A DNA stretch of 64,000 nt from Candidatus Woesearchaeota archaeon. GTDB lineage: Archaea; Nanobdellota; Nanobdellia; Woesearchaeales; GW2011-AR15. The translations under genes and the position numbers were made by a program. Location: assembly GCA_038874655.1 (NCBI GenBank), contig JAVZBY010000002.1, forward strand, positions 86,040-150,039. Direction: 5' to 3'. Each line of letters starts with the position of its first letter. Position 1 is the first letter of the stretch. Positions 13,701 to 21,331 of the stretch are shown in pieces. Under the pieces are notes generated by a model. The model was not told where the DNA came from. It worked only from the letters and a program-made list of their open reading frames with translations, and did no database searches.

Positions 13701-16155
13701 TGAATTAAATGTTTCATTTACACAAGGCATACATACAATAAAAATTAGAGTTAATGACACTTATTATTACTTAGGAAACACATTACAAAGAATAAAAGAT
13801 TCATTGCCCATAATTTTATACATTGATACAACTCCACCAACAATTACATTTAATACATTTAATTTAACATGGTTTAATTCAGAGCCAATAATAAACTTCA
13901 CTATAACAGATAATTTAGATAATTTAATTAATTATATAATTTATATAAATAATAATCCAGTTACATCTGGATCAGCAAATTCAAGCCCACAAAACATAAC
14001 AATATATAATTTACAAAATGGAACTTATGAAATCTATATAGAAGCATTTGACGAAGCACTTAATTATAGAAATTCCTCTGTATTAACAATTTATCTAGAT
14101 ACTGTAAAGCCAACAATCTACTTATTGGCACCTCAAAATGGAATCTCTTTATTAGCTAATTATACAACCTTTAATTTTTCAGTAATTGATAATTTAGACA
14201 CATTATTACAATGTAATTTAACAATTGATGCTAAAGTGAATGTTTCAAACATATATGCTTATAATAATTCTATAAATAGCACAGCTGTTTATAATTTAAG
14301 AGAAGGCACTCATTATTGGAATGTTAGTTGTTGGGATGGCAACTTAATAACACCTGTAAGTTTAATAAACACTTCAGAAACATATTACTTCAATGTATAT
14401 AATCCACCTATAATAAAGCTAATACAACCAGAAAACAACAATTGGACAAATAACCCAGAAGTTATTTTCTTCTTTAATGTTAGTGAGGAAACAGGATTGC
14501 AAAACTGCTCTATTTTATTAAATGGAATTATTCAAAATACAAAACAAGGTAATTTACTTAATAAAAATGGTTTAAATAATATAACTTTAACAAACTTAAA
14601 TGGCACATATTCTTGGCAAATTGAGTGTTATGATAATACAACAATTTATAATTATGCAATCTCAGAATCAAGAACTTTAAATGTTGATTTAGATGCACCG
14701 ATTCCTTATATAGAAACATTAAATAATACTTGGTTTAATTATAATAATCCCTTAATCTATTTTAATATATCTGATAACATGGCTTCAATAATTAATTATA
14801 CTTTTTATGTGAATTCAACACAAAACAGACAAGGCAGTGTAAATAATGCAACATCCACATCTATTAATTTAAATCCAATTCAAGATGGTTATTATTTATT
14901 AACATTAGAGGCATTTGACTATGCTTACAATAGAAGAAATAGTTCCTCTATAACAATTTTTGTTGATACAACTAAACCAACAATAAGTTTATTATCTCCA
15001 ATTAATGGATTCAGCACATCAGATACAAATATATTGTTTAACTTTACATCATTAGATAATTTAGCAAAAACAATGATATGTAATTTAACAGTTGACAATC
15101 AAATTATTAAATCATTCAACACGACATCAGGGTTATCTAATTACACTTATTTAAATATGGCAGCAGGTATTCATTATTGGAATGTATCCTGTTCAGATTT
15201 AGTTGGTAATTTCAATACAAGTGAAACATATTACTTTATAATCCCATTGCCTGATTTATATGTATCAGCAGATTATATCCTCTTTAATACAACAGCACCA
15301 GAAGAAAATACAAATATAACTATAAATGCAACAATCTTTAATATAGGAAACACAACTGCATACAATGTTACAATACAATTCTGGGATGGTCACTATTTAA
15401 ATGGAACACAAATTAATGGAAATTTTACATATAATATTTCAGCAGGCCAAAACATAACTATTAATTTATCATGGAAAGTAAGTTCTGTAGGAGACCACTT
15501 TATCTATGTTATAGCTGATCCACCCTTACAAACAAATGGAACGATTAAAGAATCTAATGAAACAAATAATTATGCATATAAACTTATAATTGTTGGTAGT
15601 TATACATATATTTATGGTAATTTCTCAGGATTCCTAAATTTAAAGGACTTAAACAATATAACTGTCTATCAATGGGATATTAATGATTTAAACGGTTCAA
15701 AAATATTTGCTGTTGATTATGATAGTATTATAGATTGGCAGAAATTACAAGCAATCTCTAGAGATATTTATAATAACTATGTGTCTAATGACTTTTATGA
15801 AATAGATTTAGCATTAAGAATGGAAAATAACTCTGATTCTATAAATAAAACATGGATCTATAATAATAATCCTTATTACACAAAAAATTATAATGTTTTC
15901 CTCAATAATATACAAAATATTCCTTTTATTAACTCAACAAATACTACAAATTTCCAAACAGGTATTTTATGGGATTACTCTGATGGAAACACGCAATATA
16001 ATGGGACACAGGATTTAGTATTTTTTACAATTGTTAATATAAATCAAACAGGAATACATGGAAAATATGACTACGAATTAAGAGTTCCAGCAAACTTAAG
16101 ATATTATAAACAACCAAATATAGCTACAATTGCATTATATACAGAATTAAAATAA
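1765..16155 (+). CDS. Giant secreted surface glycoprotein (4796 aa): MG2-like N-terminal domains, four scaffold-plus-insert modules, long Ig-like array, two CARDB-like domains, C-terminal family-A domain
   Basis: N-terminal signal or TM helix. Repeated (W/Y)NxxCxD Ig-like units. PDL...NIG...ExNETNN CARDB-like motifs. Very dense sequons. C-terminus aligns with the 23949, 24851 and 36336 proteins. Confidence 0.9.
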   Translation: MNSEKNYPKFVSLFLIILIIVISIVIINAQNLLENNYIKINKKEFFLGETVEIELLINDLNNINIDLYTPNAIYKYPFPSKIIKYKPILEGNYRLVVLKNKEILTTTTFFVKKNEYNLIEEILNQSTIKNNEETENLLDINKPNLITDKETYLLNQEVIISINNLSIDDLSNYNLIINSSNTIINYIDLKSNTIKFFPKKQGIYTLILISKKSNEEIAKKEISVNSFNQQFNNEISLNYDNKTNSINNNIDNQKEIMINQSIEYSDNLFNNSKNIEQLNRQYNNLPFKIKNSKNYFLIANITISNKRLKNLSLDTFSFINLSDDLYDIEIQPNIRQIRKIKLHNVSFKGNFDLGLEEIDSQATKFKDIKKAIAIDPSKINFTNGFIEINATSDVLLKCKDWNFTEQKCFGKFELIKTLNKGQTYFIDINSTDPAYYELGLASINTNKSLYKENETAQIWIVALDYTGHLISNANITLQIISPNNEIFIFSTDSNISQIELGIYELNFTTKEQGNYTIFANVYSNLINTTLFSFFSVVDYYEFEIIRKSPLTTDPWRDTFTTKLKIISNNHNGLFNLTEKIPIGFEIIETDAIITNDSNYYYLTWNNLQNNSEVNYTALAPFITPAVYEFKSFVSYEMNNQSLIFNEAKPWFLAVDPIMYTQVCQAQINSVGQNTFGSACDGVYPSSCSATGDLLTCNDNFFETHTGTNTNRWAGVRISAYDSTIRDCVSITRVELCYEWWRDIGFSNARIAVDRNNWASPTTVTTTLPGTTANPGVTCADVTSLEAWTCDNFDGTGQAAQAVAQAQRDNSGSTRTLYIDVLFFNVTYLRDYPPNITQNRPPSYYYNDTFSPINITFNCSAVDDIRVSNISLYITNLNNNSFALNQSCNILATSGSCQWTLLLPSGNYTWNCLAYDNRTQGTWGTNRTIIINYTMPPTPKINSYSCEINTLNNWQPCNTIAYGNTILRVRANCTTDSGLITNTTFLLYNLPDNIYLLNGTSTTQTSGYYIYDNPDLQITDSGYFNLSVQCFNSFNKNQTNTTAWNLAWGTLSSQLIYPFEPISVPQNSTFNFTSRLTCLGGECGDVNATLDPIYIVLFNHTFETGLEDFIWLDDIYGTNQPTQSEGYVTNRIFCPNGFCLFGDLHTVNNSNTGPWSGGFNKTFNLTSYTYGLKANITVNITFDYNLIIDQTTEAGEYVYLYYRNITSKTSVQGPNIQGSGAGGTDEVFENVSGRISLIFYNVSDVFSFDVGCYMTDTNANDEDGGCFIDNILIQATVELNKGKISNIPGTKPFWTLSPNPYTEANLACLRNMIAGQSCNTTWVVNATGPLYTTWDFFVLYEPTEYSSYLSFNKSKSVNITITDMVRPVITFVQCQRNSTSWVSCDSIKYNEYISGVRGTCTYTEGIITSMSFNLKNQFYNRTYFDVSTTDNSTNYWTSTFSPIRVNNSGNFALYSRCYANSLFGDYSLNWSLPYGTIYISWINLSSEVNVTQNKFSNFSVLLTCQGGECINISAFIDPEIGQQFALMTFDGSTNFPLRDGLCNTATDTCALSNPWDDFDNCIAGNGQYGICASRYAGSGGTERGLLCQGCDRNNAGNTGGLYISLNSTPCGGYPCQYIFISYYQAVQSMDAANEGSVVLVRDNDGIWREVSRCIDNDLCDCDRIAGCTLATIGQYAQYVNVNLCDIPGIDCTQPLDIFFTSYATNVNQGTGDYFMWDQINITGYLPKGIISYGSGSPFYTTYANPVYRQNNSCLAYLDVGQSCIITWPVNATGNLNSLHEFYVNATTFNNQTTQSSIIDVRITDNKLPYVSFITLNPINPTSYDNLNCSFIINDANYFDKLYANITWYRNDIVYSNQMISINNNQLTSVILSSSNTNNGEVWHCGITPYDETVYGNQLNSTKVNILISQPPIISNVQCQRNSTSWVSCSDIKFNDILTMVRAQCIDLDGYVMNVTFNLTNFEDKYLFFKNTTYMPESGYYYFNNTDILIRDSGNFNLSVSCIDDTNVETVYYLTWLVPFGKLKGQWLNPPNINVNVTRYKLSNFSVRIICEGGECGNITAVLDPLILYPQANMDFESPTNFPLATGQCGTGAGWQCADSSPWDDFDNCIGGNGVYGICASTEANSGETGIRGLECRGCDRADALNQGGLYINIPARSCNDYVCEQINISFYQIVQSMDNANEGSAVLVRDEDGIWRNLTTCMDNQPRCDCDVIPGCTRAEMGAYAQFFKKDLCQVPGINCSQNISILFTSYNLINHGTDDYFAWDKILVEKYGQKGIIPVGSGFPFYVIENNPRTWNDFSCLYNMTSGDSCEITWQVNATGNYNKTHEFFAYFNSTYSAIELNETKHIYVTITDNFPPRVTYVEIGPEVALNDTDIYCSFIITDPNYFDSLWANITWYRNKTFYFNQQVPISINTLTQVYLLANNTEPGEYWHCGVTPFDGSIYGNQVNSTNLTIYLYPPPSINSIQCNVNGLWKDCKNILYFTNFSAIRTNCSSNEGMVNATFNFTNIPDNKVFFNNLTTTYSNGYFIFDFEDINITDSGEMEIYAKCIDNVNQVVYGKVNWTILWGTLTASLVYPDSDTSVQRNNFFTFQARVTCSGGECGNINATLDPYTNSTIYDFKQGYNIDKFAWVIDSNNNPPESLPNSRTALTLAQVALINVSDNNRYTMPDPGAGDWISLDMIMNIKEKREDITKMQFYFEGYPNIASTLQIYAWNFNTNTWNSLGTQSFSTGSDQIMTVNITSNILNYINASNNNIRWLLLNTLTSEYILVDYVYVNITYNAYKGIIPRQEGAIPFYTRDYNPKDYTNQSCLGNMISGQSCIASWLVNATGPLGSTHEFFVYFNATNYSQYIMPKETTHIFITITDSTLVPPIVILNDPQDNLYTNNQNIIFNCSVTDNFNLKNISLVADFNGIFDINETYQITGTSNTSLFYKYLDDGKYIWNCLAYDSDNNLDWGNSNRTLTIDTKEPTIILNNPLNESSFTTTNLALNFTVIDALDKILNCDLYLNGFLYQQNINANNNSNTIINLINLTPNTYKWFITCIDDATNMNVSEEYIFYISDLPPSVSLLTPNNIYFRTPNISLFYFATDNLNINLSTLILNGYPFAYQYNLGTSVISSFNLTYMPEGLYNWTVNVSDSSNLTDQAPYRYFTIDYTEPIIYIYAPDNNLTINETQTRINFTVVDNLDFMIMCNLTINNQIAQTNIPAINNSFVSYLITNFYDGLNYWNLTCFDDAGNYITSETRILNVSAPPNVVLNYPFNNHFQNQQNITLYYTPQDNVNLSVCELFINGQYNQSNIEITNGVQNTFELTSLSENIYSWSVRCNDTSNLSTMSETRIFTIDLTKPTIYLLYPNNGDTIYGKWTNFNFSVIDNFDINLSCNITVDGLIRKSNLPVLNNTPTNFTINVSDEGPHTWYITCIDDATNFNVSETRNYFTTNPPEVQLVFPNNGAIINYNLINFTYIPIDDNLASATLILNGLRNETNTTLYNELENYFRIYLTDGIYNWTVNVTDATNLYTMPDVLTFTIDSTPPLITIHHPAGFEILDWNNITFNFTVSDNLFQPIYCNISINSVPQFTNIPVNNNSNVIRYYSLNDGTHSWQVRCIDLTNNTAIQTQNFIVEAPPRVNLINPVNQTRTTQQSFNFQYLPYDVFGLYNCTLILDNKLNESSSSILNNQINTLFVSYIPEGLHNWTVRCIDNPPDYNSYQPEPWQFRIDLTGPTIILKYPMQDQTFNLNNITFNYTAIDSDNIIIDCNISVSDPYGNRLNATSMPAGYDHIITITNLADGDHYWNVTCVDDLGNVNTSETRRFIINQPDLFTNNNLVFLNNINPDLYENITISINVSNIGGQPANNVLVNFYDGNPNLGGLFIGNDTNSVAINQTIAFTTSWLITPGYHTIYISVDPYNQISELDETNNNATINISVLWANITNPKNQSWFNTLIVPINFTAYDYTGNSITYIVLIDNTPNGQNGYVIDSINNELNVSFTQGIHTIKIRVNDTYYYLGNTLQRIKDSLPIILYIDTTPPTITFNTFNLTWFNSEPIINFTITDNLDNLINYIIYINNNPVTSGSANSSPQNITIYNLQNGTYEIYIEAFDEALNYRNSSVLTIYLDTVKPTIYLLAPQNGISLLANYTTFNFSVIDNLDTLLQCNLTIDAKVNVSNIYAYNNSINSTAVYNLREGTHYWNVSCWDGNLITPVSLINTSETYYFNVYNPPIIKLIQPENNNWTNNPEVIFFFNVSEETGLQNCSILLNGIIQNTKQGNLLNKNGLNNITLTNLNGTYSWQIECYDNTTIYNYAISESRTLNVDLDAPIPYIETLNNTWFNYNNPLIYFNISDNMASIINYTFYVNSTQNRQGSVNNATSTSINLNPIQDGYYLLTLEAFDYAYNRRNSSSITIFVDTTKPTISLLSPINGFSTSDTNILFNFTSLDNLAKTMICNLTVDNQIIKSFNTTSGLSNYTYLNMAAGIHYWNVSCSDLVGNFNTSETYYFIIPLPDLYVSADYILFNTTAPEENTNITINATIFNIGNTTAYNVTIQFWDGHYLNGTQINGNFTYNISAGQNITINLSWKVSSVGDHFIYVIADPPLQTNGTIKESNETNNYAYKLIIVGSYTYIYGNFSGFLNLKDLNNITVYQWDINDLNGSKIFAVDYDSIIDWQKLQAISRDIYNNYVSNDFYEIDLALRMENNSDSINKTWIYNNNPYYTKNYNVFLNNIQNIPFINSTNTTNFQTGILWDYSDGNTQYNGTQDLVFFTIVNINQTGIHGKYDYELRVPANLRYYKQPNIATIALYTELK
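4567..10365 (+). repeat. Four intragenic protein-level modules (C..W..C / CxGGEC...DP [insert] KG.I...PF...CL...SC..W.VNATG)
   Basis: GGEC...DP ends at 5037, 6315, 7953 and 9594. KG(I/K)I begins at 5602, 6940, 8584 and 10111. Confidence 0.85.
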
Positions 16156-16176
16156 AAATTTAAAATAAAAACTAAA

Positions 16177-18039
16177 ATGAAAAATAAAAACATAATAAGA
16201 ATTACTTTATTTTTATTTGTTTTAATATTATTTAGTTTTATTATTGTTATTTATATTGCAAAAGCACAATGTCAATTAAAAGAAATTCCGTTTTTTGAAT
16301 TAAATGAAGGGGACATTTTTAATTATACTTTAAATTTTGTAAATCAAAACATTTCTGAAAAAGGATTATCAGAAATTAAAATTTCACTTATAAAGATAAA
16401 TTCTTCAATAAATCCTGTGATTAAAAATAATCTAATTAATTTTAAAGCAGATCAAAACTCAGGAAACAAAAATTCGTTTTTAATTGTTTCAACAATGGAA
16501 AATGGGTGCTATGATGTTAAGAAATTTGATTTTTTTGTTTATTTAAAACCTAAAATTATGGAAAAAAACCCAATAGAGGATTATTTAGAAATTTATGAGA
16601 CACAATCAATAAAATTTTATGCTTCAGCATATTCTTTTTATGATACTGATGTAAAAACAGAGTGGTATTTAAATGGAATTAAACAAAAAGAGAGTTCTAA
16701 TTCTTATATCTTTTTCACAAATTATAGTTCAAAAGGATTATTCACATTAGAATATGTTGCAAAAGATAAAAGGCAAAACACAACAATAAAATGGTTAATA
16801 AATGTAAAAGATAAAAATAGAAAACCTATTTTAAGATTTAATATTCCTGACTTTGTTTTAACAAATTATACAAGAGGAAGATTATTGAATTTAAATGATT
16901 ACTTTCAAGATCCAGATTTAGACAAATTAAAATTTGAATTAGTTTATTTTGATAAAATTAATAATTCTATTAAAGAAAAGTCCTATGAAATTTTTAATTT
17001 TAGTATTAAAGATAATGGTGATTTTGAAGTTTATCCAATTAAAAACATTTATTTAACAGAATATCTTAAAGTAATTGCTTATGATTTTCAAGGAGAAAAA
17101 GCAGAAAGCAATATTTTCTTTATGAAATTAGTTAATTCAGATAATATAAGTTATATCTTTCTAAATACTTCAAAAAAAGAACAATGTAAACCAAATATAC
17201 AATGTACAGAATGGAGTCCATGTTTGATTACAAACATTAGAACAAGAGAATGTTTTGATGTAAATAATTGTAATTCAGAGAACACTACAATTACAGAAAC
17301 AATGCATTGTGATTATAATGCTACTTGTAATGATGGAATTTTGAATCAAGGTGAAGAAAAAGTTGATTGTGGTGGCCCATGTGAACCCTGTCCAACTTGT
17401 GATGATGGTATTTTAAATCAAGGTGAAGAAAAGGTTGATTGCGGCGGTCCTTGTCAAGCTTGCGAAAATTGTTATGATGGTATAAAAAATCAAAATGAAA
17501 TATTTACCGATTGCGGTGGTCTATGTAAAAGTTGTTTATTATTAGATATTATTAACTTCATAAAAAGTTATTATTATTTAGCATTTATATTTATATTTTT
17601 ATTAATTATAAAAATCTATTCAAAAAACATTAGTAGTTCTGATAAAATAAAAAATTATATCTTTTATTCAAAACTATTTAATTTTTTACCTAAAAAAATT
17701 CCAGAAAATTATAAAGAGATTTTTACTCAAACAATTTCAGATTTAACAAGCATAAAAAATGATATTTTAAATCTTGAAGATAAAGAAAAAATAAAAGAGA
17801 AATTTTATAATATTATAGATAACTTTTACAAAAATTTTTTAGAATTAGATCTTGTAAATAATATTACTGTAAAAAATTCTTCAAAAAAAATAATAAATCC
17901 CTTTTTAAGAGAATTAATCTTGTTATTGTATTATGATACAAGAGATATTTCAGTTGAATCACCTTTTTATAGAATTGAGTTAAATGAAAAAATAGATCAA
18001 ACAATTGCAATATTAAATAAGATTAGGGATTTATTATGA
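16177..18039 (+). CDS. Membrane-anchored surface protein with cadherin/Ig-like domains and Cys-rich CxDGxxNQxExxxDCGG repeats
   Basis: Signal peptide, LNDYFQDPDLDKL cadherin-like motif, C.EWS.C..R.C.D.N.C unit, three DCGG repeats, TM helix and cytoplasmic helical tail. Confidence 0.8.
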   Translation: MKNKNIIRITLFLFVLILFSFIIVIYIAKAQCQLKEIPFFELNEGDIFNYTLNFVNQNISEKGLSEIKISLIKINSSINPVIKNNLINFKADQNSGNKNSFLIVSTMENGCYDVKKFDFFVYLKPKIMEKNPIEDYLEIYETQSIKFYASAYSFYDTDVKTEWYLNGIKQKESSNSYIFFTNYSSKGLFTLEYVAKDKRQNTTIKWLINVKDKNRKPILRFNIPDFVLTNYTRGRLLNLNDYFQDPDLDKLKFELVYFDKINNSIKEKSYEIFNFSIKDNGDFEVYPIKNIYLTEYLKVIAYDFQGEKAESNIFFMKLVNSDNISYIFLNTSKKEQCKPNIQCTEWSPCLITNIRTRECFDVNNCNSENTTITETMHCDYNATCNDGILNQGEEKVDCGGPCEPCPTCDDGILNQGEEKVDCGGPCQACENCYDGIKNQNEIFTDCGGLCKSCLLLDIINFIKSYYYLAFIFIFLLIIKIYSKNISSSDKIKNYIFYSKLFNFLPKKIPENYKEIFTQTISDLTSIKNDILNLEDKEKIKEKFYNIIDNFYKNFLELDLVNNITVKNSSKKIINPFLRELILLLYYDTRDISVESPFYRIELNEKIDQTIAILNKIRDLL

Positions 18040-20789
18040 AAAAATATAATGACATTACTAATAAAATTAAAATAAAAATATTAAAAAAAATATTGCAATT
18101 AATTTTTAGGTTATACTTTAGATTATACTTATTTATTTCATGTTTTATATTATTTATATTATTTTTTAATCCTGTCTTTTCACAAGAATTAAATTTTTCA
18201 CTAGAATTAAATAAAGTCAATTTTTTTCTTAATGAACCTGTAATTATAAATTTAGAAGAGGATTATTATAAATTAAATAACACAAATTCATTTGATAATT
18301 TAACATTAAAAATAATATCCCCAAACCATTATTATAATTATTTAGGAGGTCTAGATAAAAGATTAATTTTTCAACCAAATGAAATTGGTAAGCATTATAT
18401 AGAATTATATTTTAATAATGAGCTGGTAAAAAAATTAGAATTTATTGTTTTTGAAACCAATTCTCAAGTTTCTGAGAATTCTTCTGTTTTAAATAACTTA
18501 AATATATCGCGAAACAATATATATAATAATGTTTCTGAAAATCAAACAGAAATTATGATTATTCAAAATTCAAATTTTTCAACAAAACAATCGAATATAA
18601 AATTATTAGATATCATAAAAATTAATGTAAAACAAAATTATTCTTTAGATGAAAATGTTTTTATCACACTAACAAAAAATGAACAAACTCTTTATGCAAT
18701 AAATCCAAGAGAAGACATCAATTTTTCAAAATTAATAATACATTCAAATAAAGATTATGTTTATGAAAATCCAAAAAATAAAATAATTTTTAAACCTTCT
18801 GAACTTGGTAAACATGAAATTATTTTATATGATACTTTTGATAATGAAGTAGCAAGAGCATCATTTAATGTTATAGAAAATAAAAAATTTATTATTAAAG
18901 ATAGTAAGGGGAAAAAAATAGATGCAACATTTCAATACAAAGATAAAATAAAAAAAAATATTTCTGAATTAATTTCTGAAATTAAAAATGAAAAAAATCA
19001 AAAAATAGAATTAACAGTTTTACCTAATCTAAAAAATATAAAAAAAATTACTTTTAAAGATATAAACCTAGAAAATAGTTTTGATTTTTATCTAGAAGAT
19101 CTTGATACATTTAATTTAGAAAGAAGTTTCATAAAAGCATATGCAATTAATCCTGAAAATTTAGATTTCTCAGAAGCAATTTTAACAAGCATAAGTCAAG
19201 GAAAAACACTTTATAAGTGTGCAGAATGGAATTTTCAAGAACAAAAATGTTATGGTATTTGGAAAAAAATAATGTCTTTAGTTCCTGGACAAGAATATAA
19301 TGTTATTATAACAAAAAATGACCCTGCATATGCAGAAAGTAATGAACTTATTGAACCTAAACCTGTAAGTGGTTTTGTTTTTATGTCAGATAATACAAGA
19401 GCAAATAATGGTATTCCAGTAAGAATTTTTAATAAAGCAAATGGTGAAAGTGTTTTAACACAGGTTTATGCACCACCAATTCCAATATATAAAGGAGCTT
19501 ATTCTGCTAATATTTATGGAATAACTGGAGATTCTATTGTTGTAAGAGCATGGAATTCTACACATTATGGCGAAACAAATGCAACTTTATTAGCAACAAC
19601 AACTTATGTTAATATAACAATTCAATATTTTAAAGGAAGTGAACCCAATGTTTCAATAATTTATCCATTAAATAATTCAATTTTTTATTTAGGTCAAAAT
19701 TTTAATATAACTGCAAAAGTTCAAATATTAAATAACAATGCAGAAAAGTGTTATGCTTCTTTTATTAGCACATTAGCTGAACCAATAACAGGGCAAAGTA
19801 ATACAATTTTTTTAGGAGACATAATGCAAAATAATGAAATTACTTTTATGTTTAATTTAACTGCAATAAAAGGCGGCTATGAAAAATTAATTGTTAATGT
19901 TTCTTGTTCAACAGATACAATTCTAGATGGCTTAAATATAGCAAGAGTAAATTTAACTTTTATTGATAATGTTAAACCAGAGATAACAATATTTAAACCT
20001 CTAAATAATGAAGAATCATTAAATCCTATTAAGTTTATATTTAATGTTTCAGATCATACGGGCATAAAAAACTGCTCATTAATTTTTAATGGTAATTTAA
20101 ATCAGACAATTTTTAATCCACAAATGTATATTTTACATTCTTTTAATTTAACCTTGCAAGCAGGAACATATAATTATAACATTGATTGTTATGATAATTC
20201 AACTTTATTTAATTATAATATTACTGAAACCATAAACTTTTTTCTACCCTCATGGCATTTTTATTATGGTAATATAAGCTCAAAAATATTTTTAGGCTCT
20301 GGGGAAATTGAAAAATATTCTTGGGAAACCTATTCAGAGGCATATCTTTATGTGATTGAAACAAATACAGTTGTAGATTGGAATAATTTACAAGCATTAG
20401 GTAGAGATAAATTTAATAATTCAGAATTTAATGATTTTAACGAAGCAGATATCAATTTATCGATGCAAAATTTTGTTGATTCAATTAATAATACTTTTAC
20501 TCAAAATTATCAACCAAAAAAATTAGTTAATTTAACCATTTTCGGAAAAAGAATAAATAACATTCCAGTAATAAACTCAACAAATAACTCTAATTTTATT
20601 ACAGGCATTCTCTGGGAAATGACTGGCAATAATTATAATGGTAGCCAAAATTTAATATTCTTTACAAATAAAAGTATTGCAAAACAAGGCAAATTTGGTT
20701 TATATGAATATGAAATAAGAATCCCTGCTAATTTGAAAAATTATAAATTAAATTCTGGGACTATCACTTTTTATACTGAGATAATATAA
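18036..20789 (+). CDS. Secreted multidomain protein (917 aa) sharing N-terminal domains with the giant proteins and ending in a family-A domain
   Basis: AINP...LYKCAEWNFQEQKCYG...NDP is shared with 1765 and 43763. Ends WHFYYGNISS...DSINNTF...YEYEIRIP...FYTEII. ATGA overlap with the upstream gene. Confidence 0.85.
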   Translation: MKKYNDITNKIKIKILKKILQLIFRLYFRLYLFISCFILFILFFNPVFSQELNFSLELNKVNFFLNEPVIINLEEDYYKLNNTNSFDNLTLKIISPNHYYNYLGGLDKRLIFQPNEIGKHYIELYFNNELVKKLEFIVFETNSQVSENSSVLNNLNISRNNIYNNVSENQTEIMIIQNSNFSTKQSNIKLLDIIKINVKQNYSLDENVFITLTKNEQTLYAINPREDINFSKLIIHSNKDYVYENPKNKIIFKPSELGKHEIILYDTFDNEVARASFNVIENKKFIIKDSKGKKIDATFQYKDKIKKNISELISEIKNEKNQKIELTVLPNLKNIKKITFKDINLENSFDFYLEDLDTFNLERSFIKAYAINPENLDFSEAILTSISQGKTLYKCAEWNFQEQKCYGIWKKIMSLVPGQEYNVIITKNDPAYAESNELIEPKPVSGFVFMSDNTRANNGIPVRIFNKANGESVLTQVYAPPIPIYKGAYSANIYGITGDSIVVRAWNSTHYGETNATLLATTTYVNITIQYFKGSEPNVSIIYPLNNSIFYLGQNFNITAKVQILNNNAEKCYASFISTLAEPITGQSNTIFLGDIMQNNEITFMFNLTAIKGGYEKLIVNVSCSTDTILDGLNIARVNLTFIDNVKPEITIFKPLNNEESLNPIKFIFNVSDHTGIKNCSLIFNGNLNQTIFNPQMYILHSFNLTLQAGTYNYNIDCYDNSTLFNYNITETINFFLPSWHFYYGNISSKIFLGSGEIEKYSWETYSEAYLYVIETNTVVDWNNLQALGRDKFNNSEFNDFNEADINLSMQNFVDSINNTFTQNYQPKKLVNLTIFGKRINNIPVINSTNNSNFITGILWEMTGNNYNGSQNLIFFTNKSIAKQGKFGLYEYEIRIPANLKNYKLNSGTITFYTEII

Positions 20790-20821
20790 TATTTATAAGG
20801 TTTTATTTTTTTATTATTTAT

Positions 20822-21331
20822 ATGAAAAGCCAAACCCATATATTACTAAATCTAATAATTTTACTTCCTTTATTATATTTAATTTATGGTCTGTCATTTT
20901 TTCAATTAAATTTTTTACATCTATTTATAGCGATATATATTTTTAGTAATTTGCCTGATATTGATAATTCAAAATCAAAAATCAGCAAAACCTTTTTTGT
21001 TTTTTATTTAATCCTTGGTTTTATAGGAATAAATAATCTTTTAAAATACACATTAGAATCAATCTTAATTGGATTAGTTCAAATAACAATTGCAATTATC
21101 CTAGCATCCTATCATTTTATAATAGCAGATAACTCAAAAAAACATAGAAAATTTCCTCACTCGTTTACCTTTGGAATAATCTCCTCAATTATTTTTGGTA
21201 TTTTCACTTCAATTGAAATGGCTTTAATTGCTTTTTTTTGTTTTTTCTTGCATTTACTTTTTGATAATTACCTAATTCAAGCATTACAAAATGATTTAAG
21301 ATTTTGGAGAAAGATTTTTTTCTTTTTTTAG
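20822..21331 (+). CDS. Membrane-bound metal-dependent hydrolase (YdjM-like)
   Basis: Motifs THILL, LPDID, HRKFPHS and HLLFD within TM helices. Confidence 0.8.
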   Translation: MKSQTHILLNLIILLPLLYLIYGLSFFQLNFLHLFIAIYIFSNLPDIDNSKSKISKTFFVFYLILGFIGINNLLKYTLESILIGLVQITIAIILASYHFIIADNSKKHRKFPHSFTFGIISSIIFGIFTSIEMALIAFFCFFLHLLFDNYLIQALQNDLRFWRKIFFFF

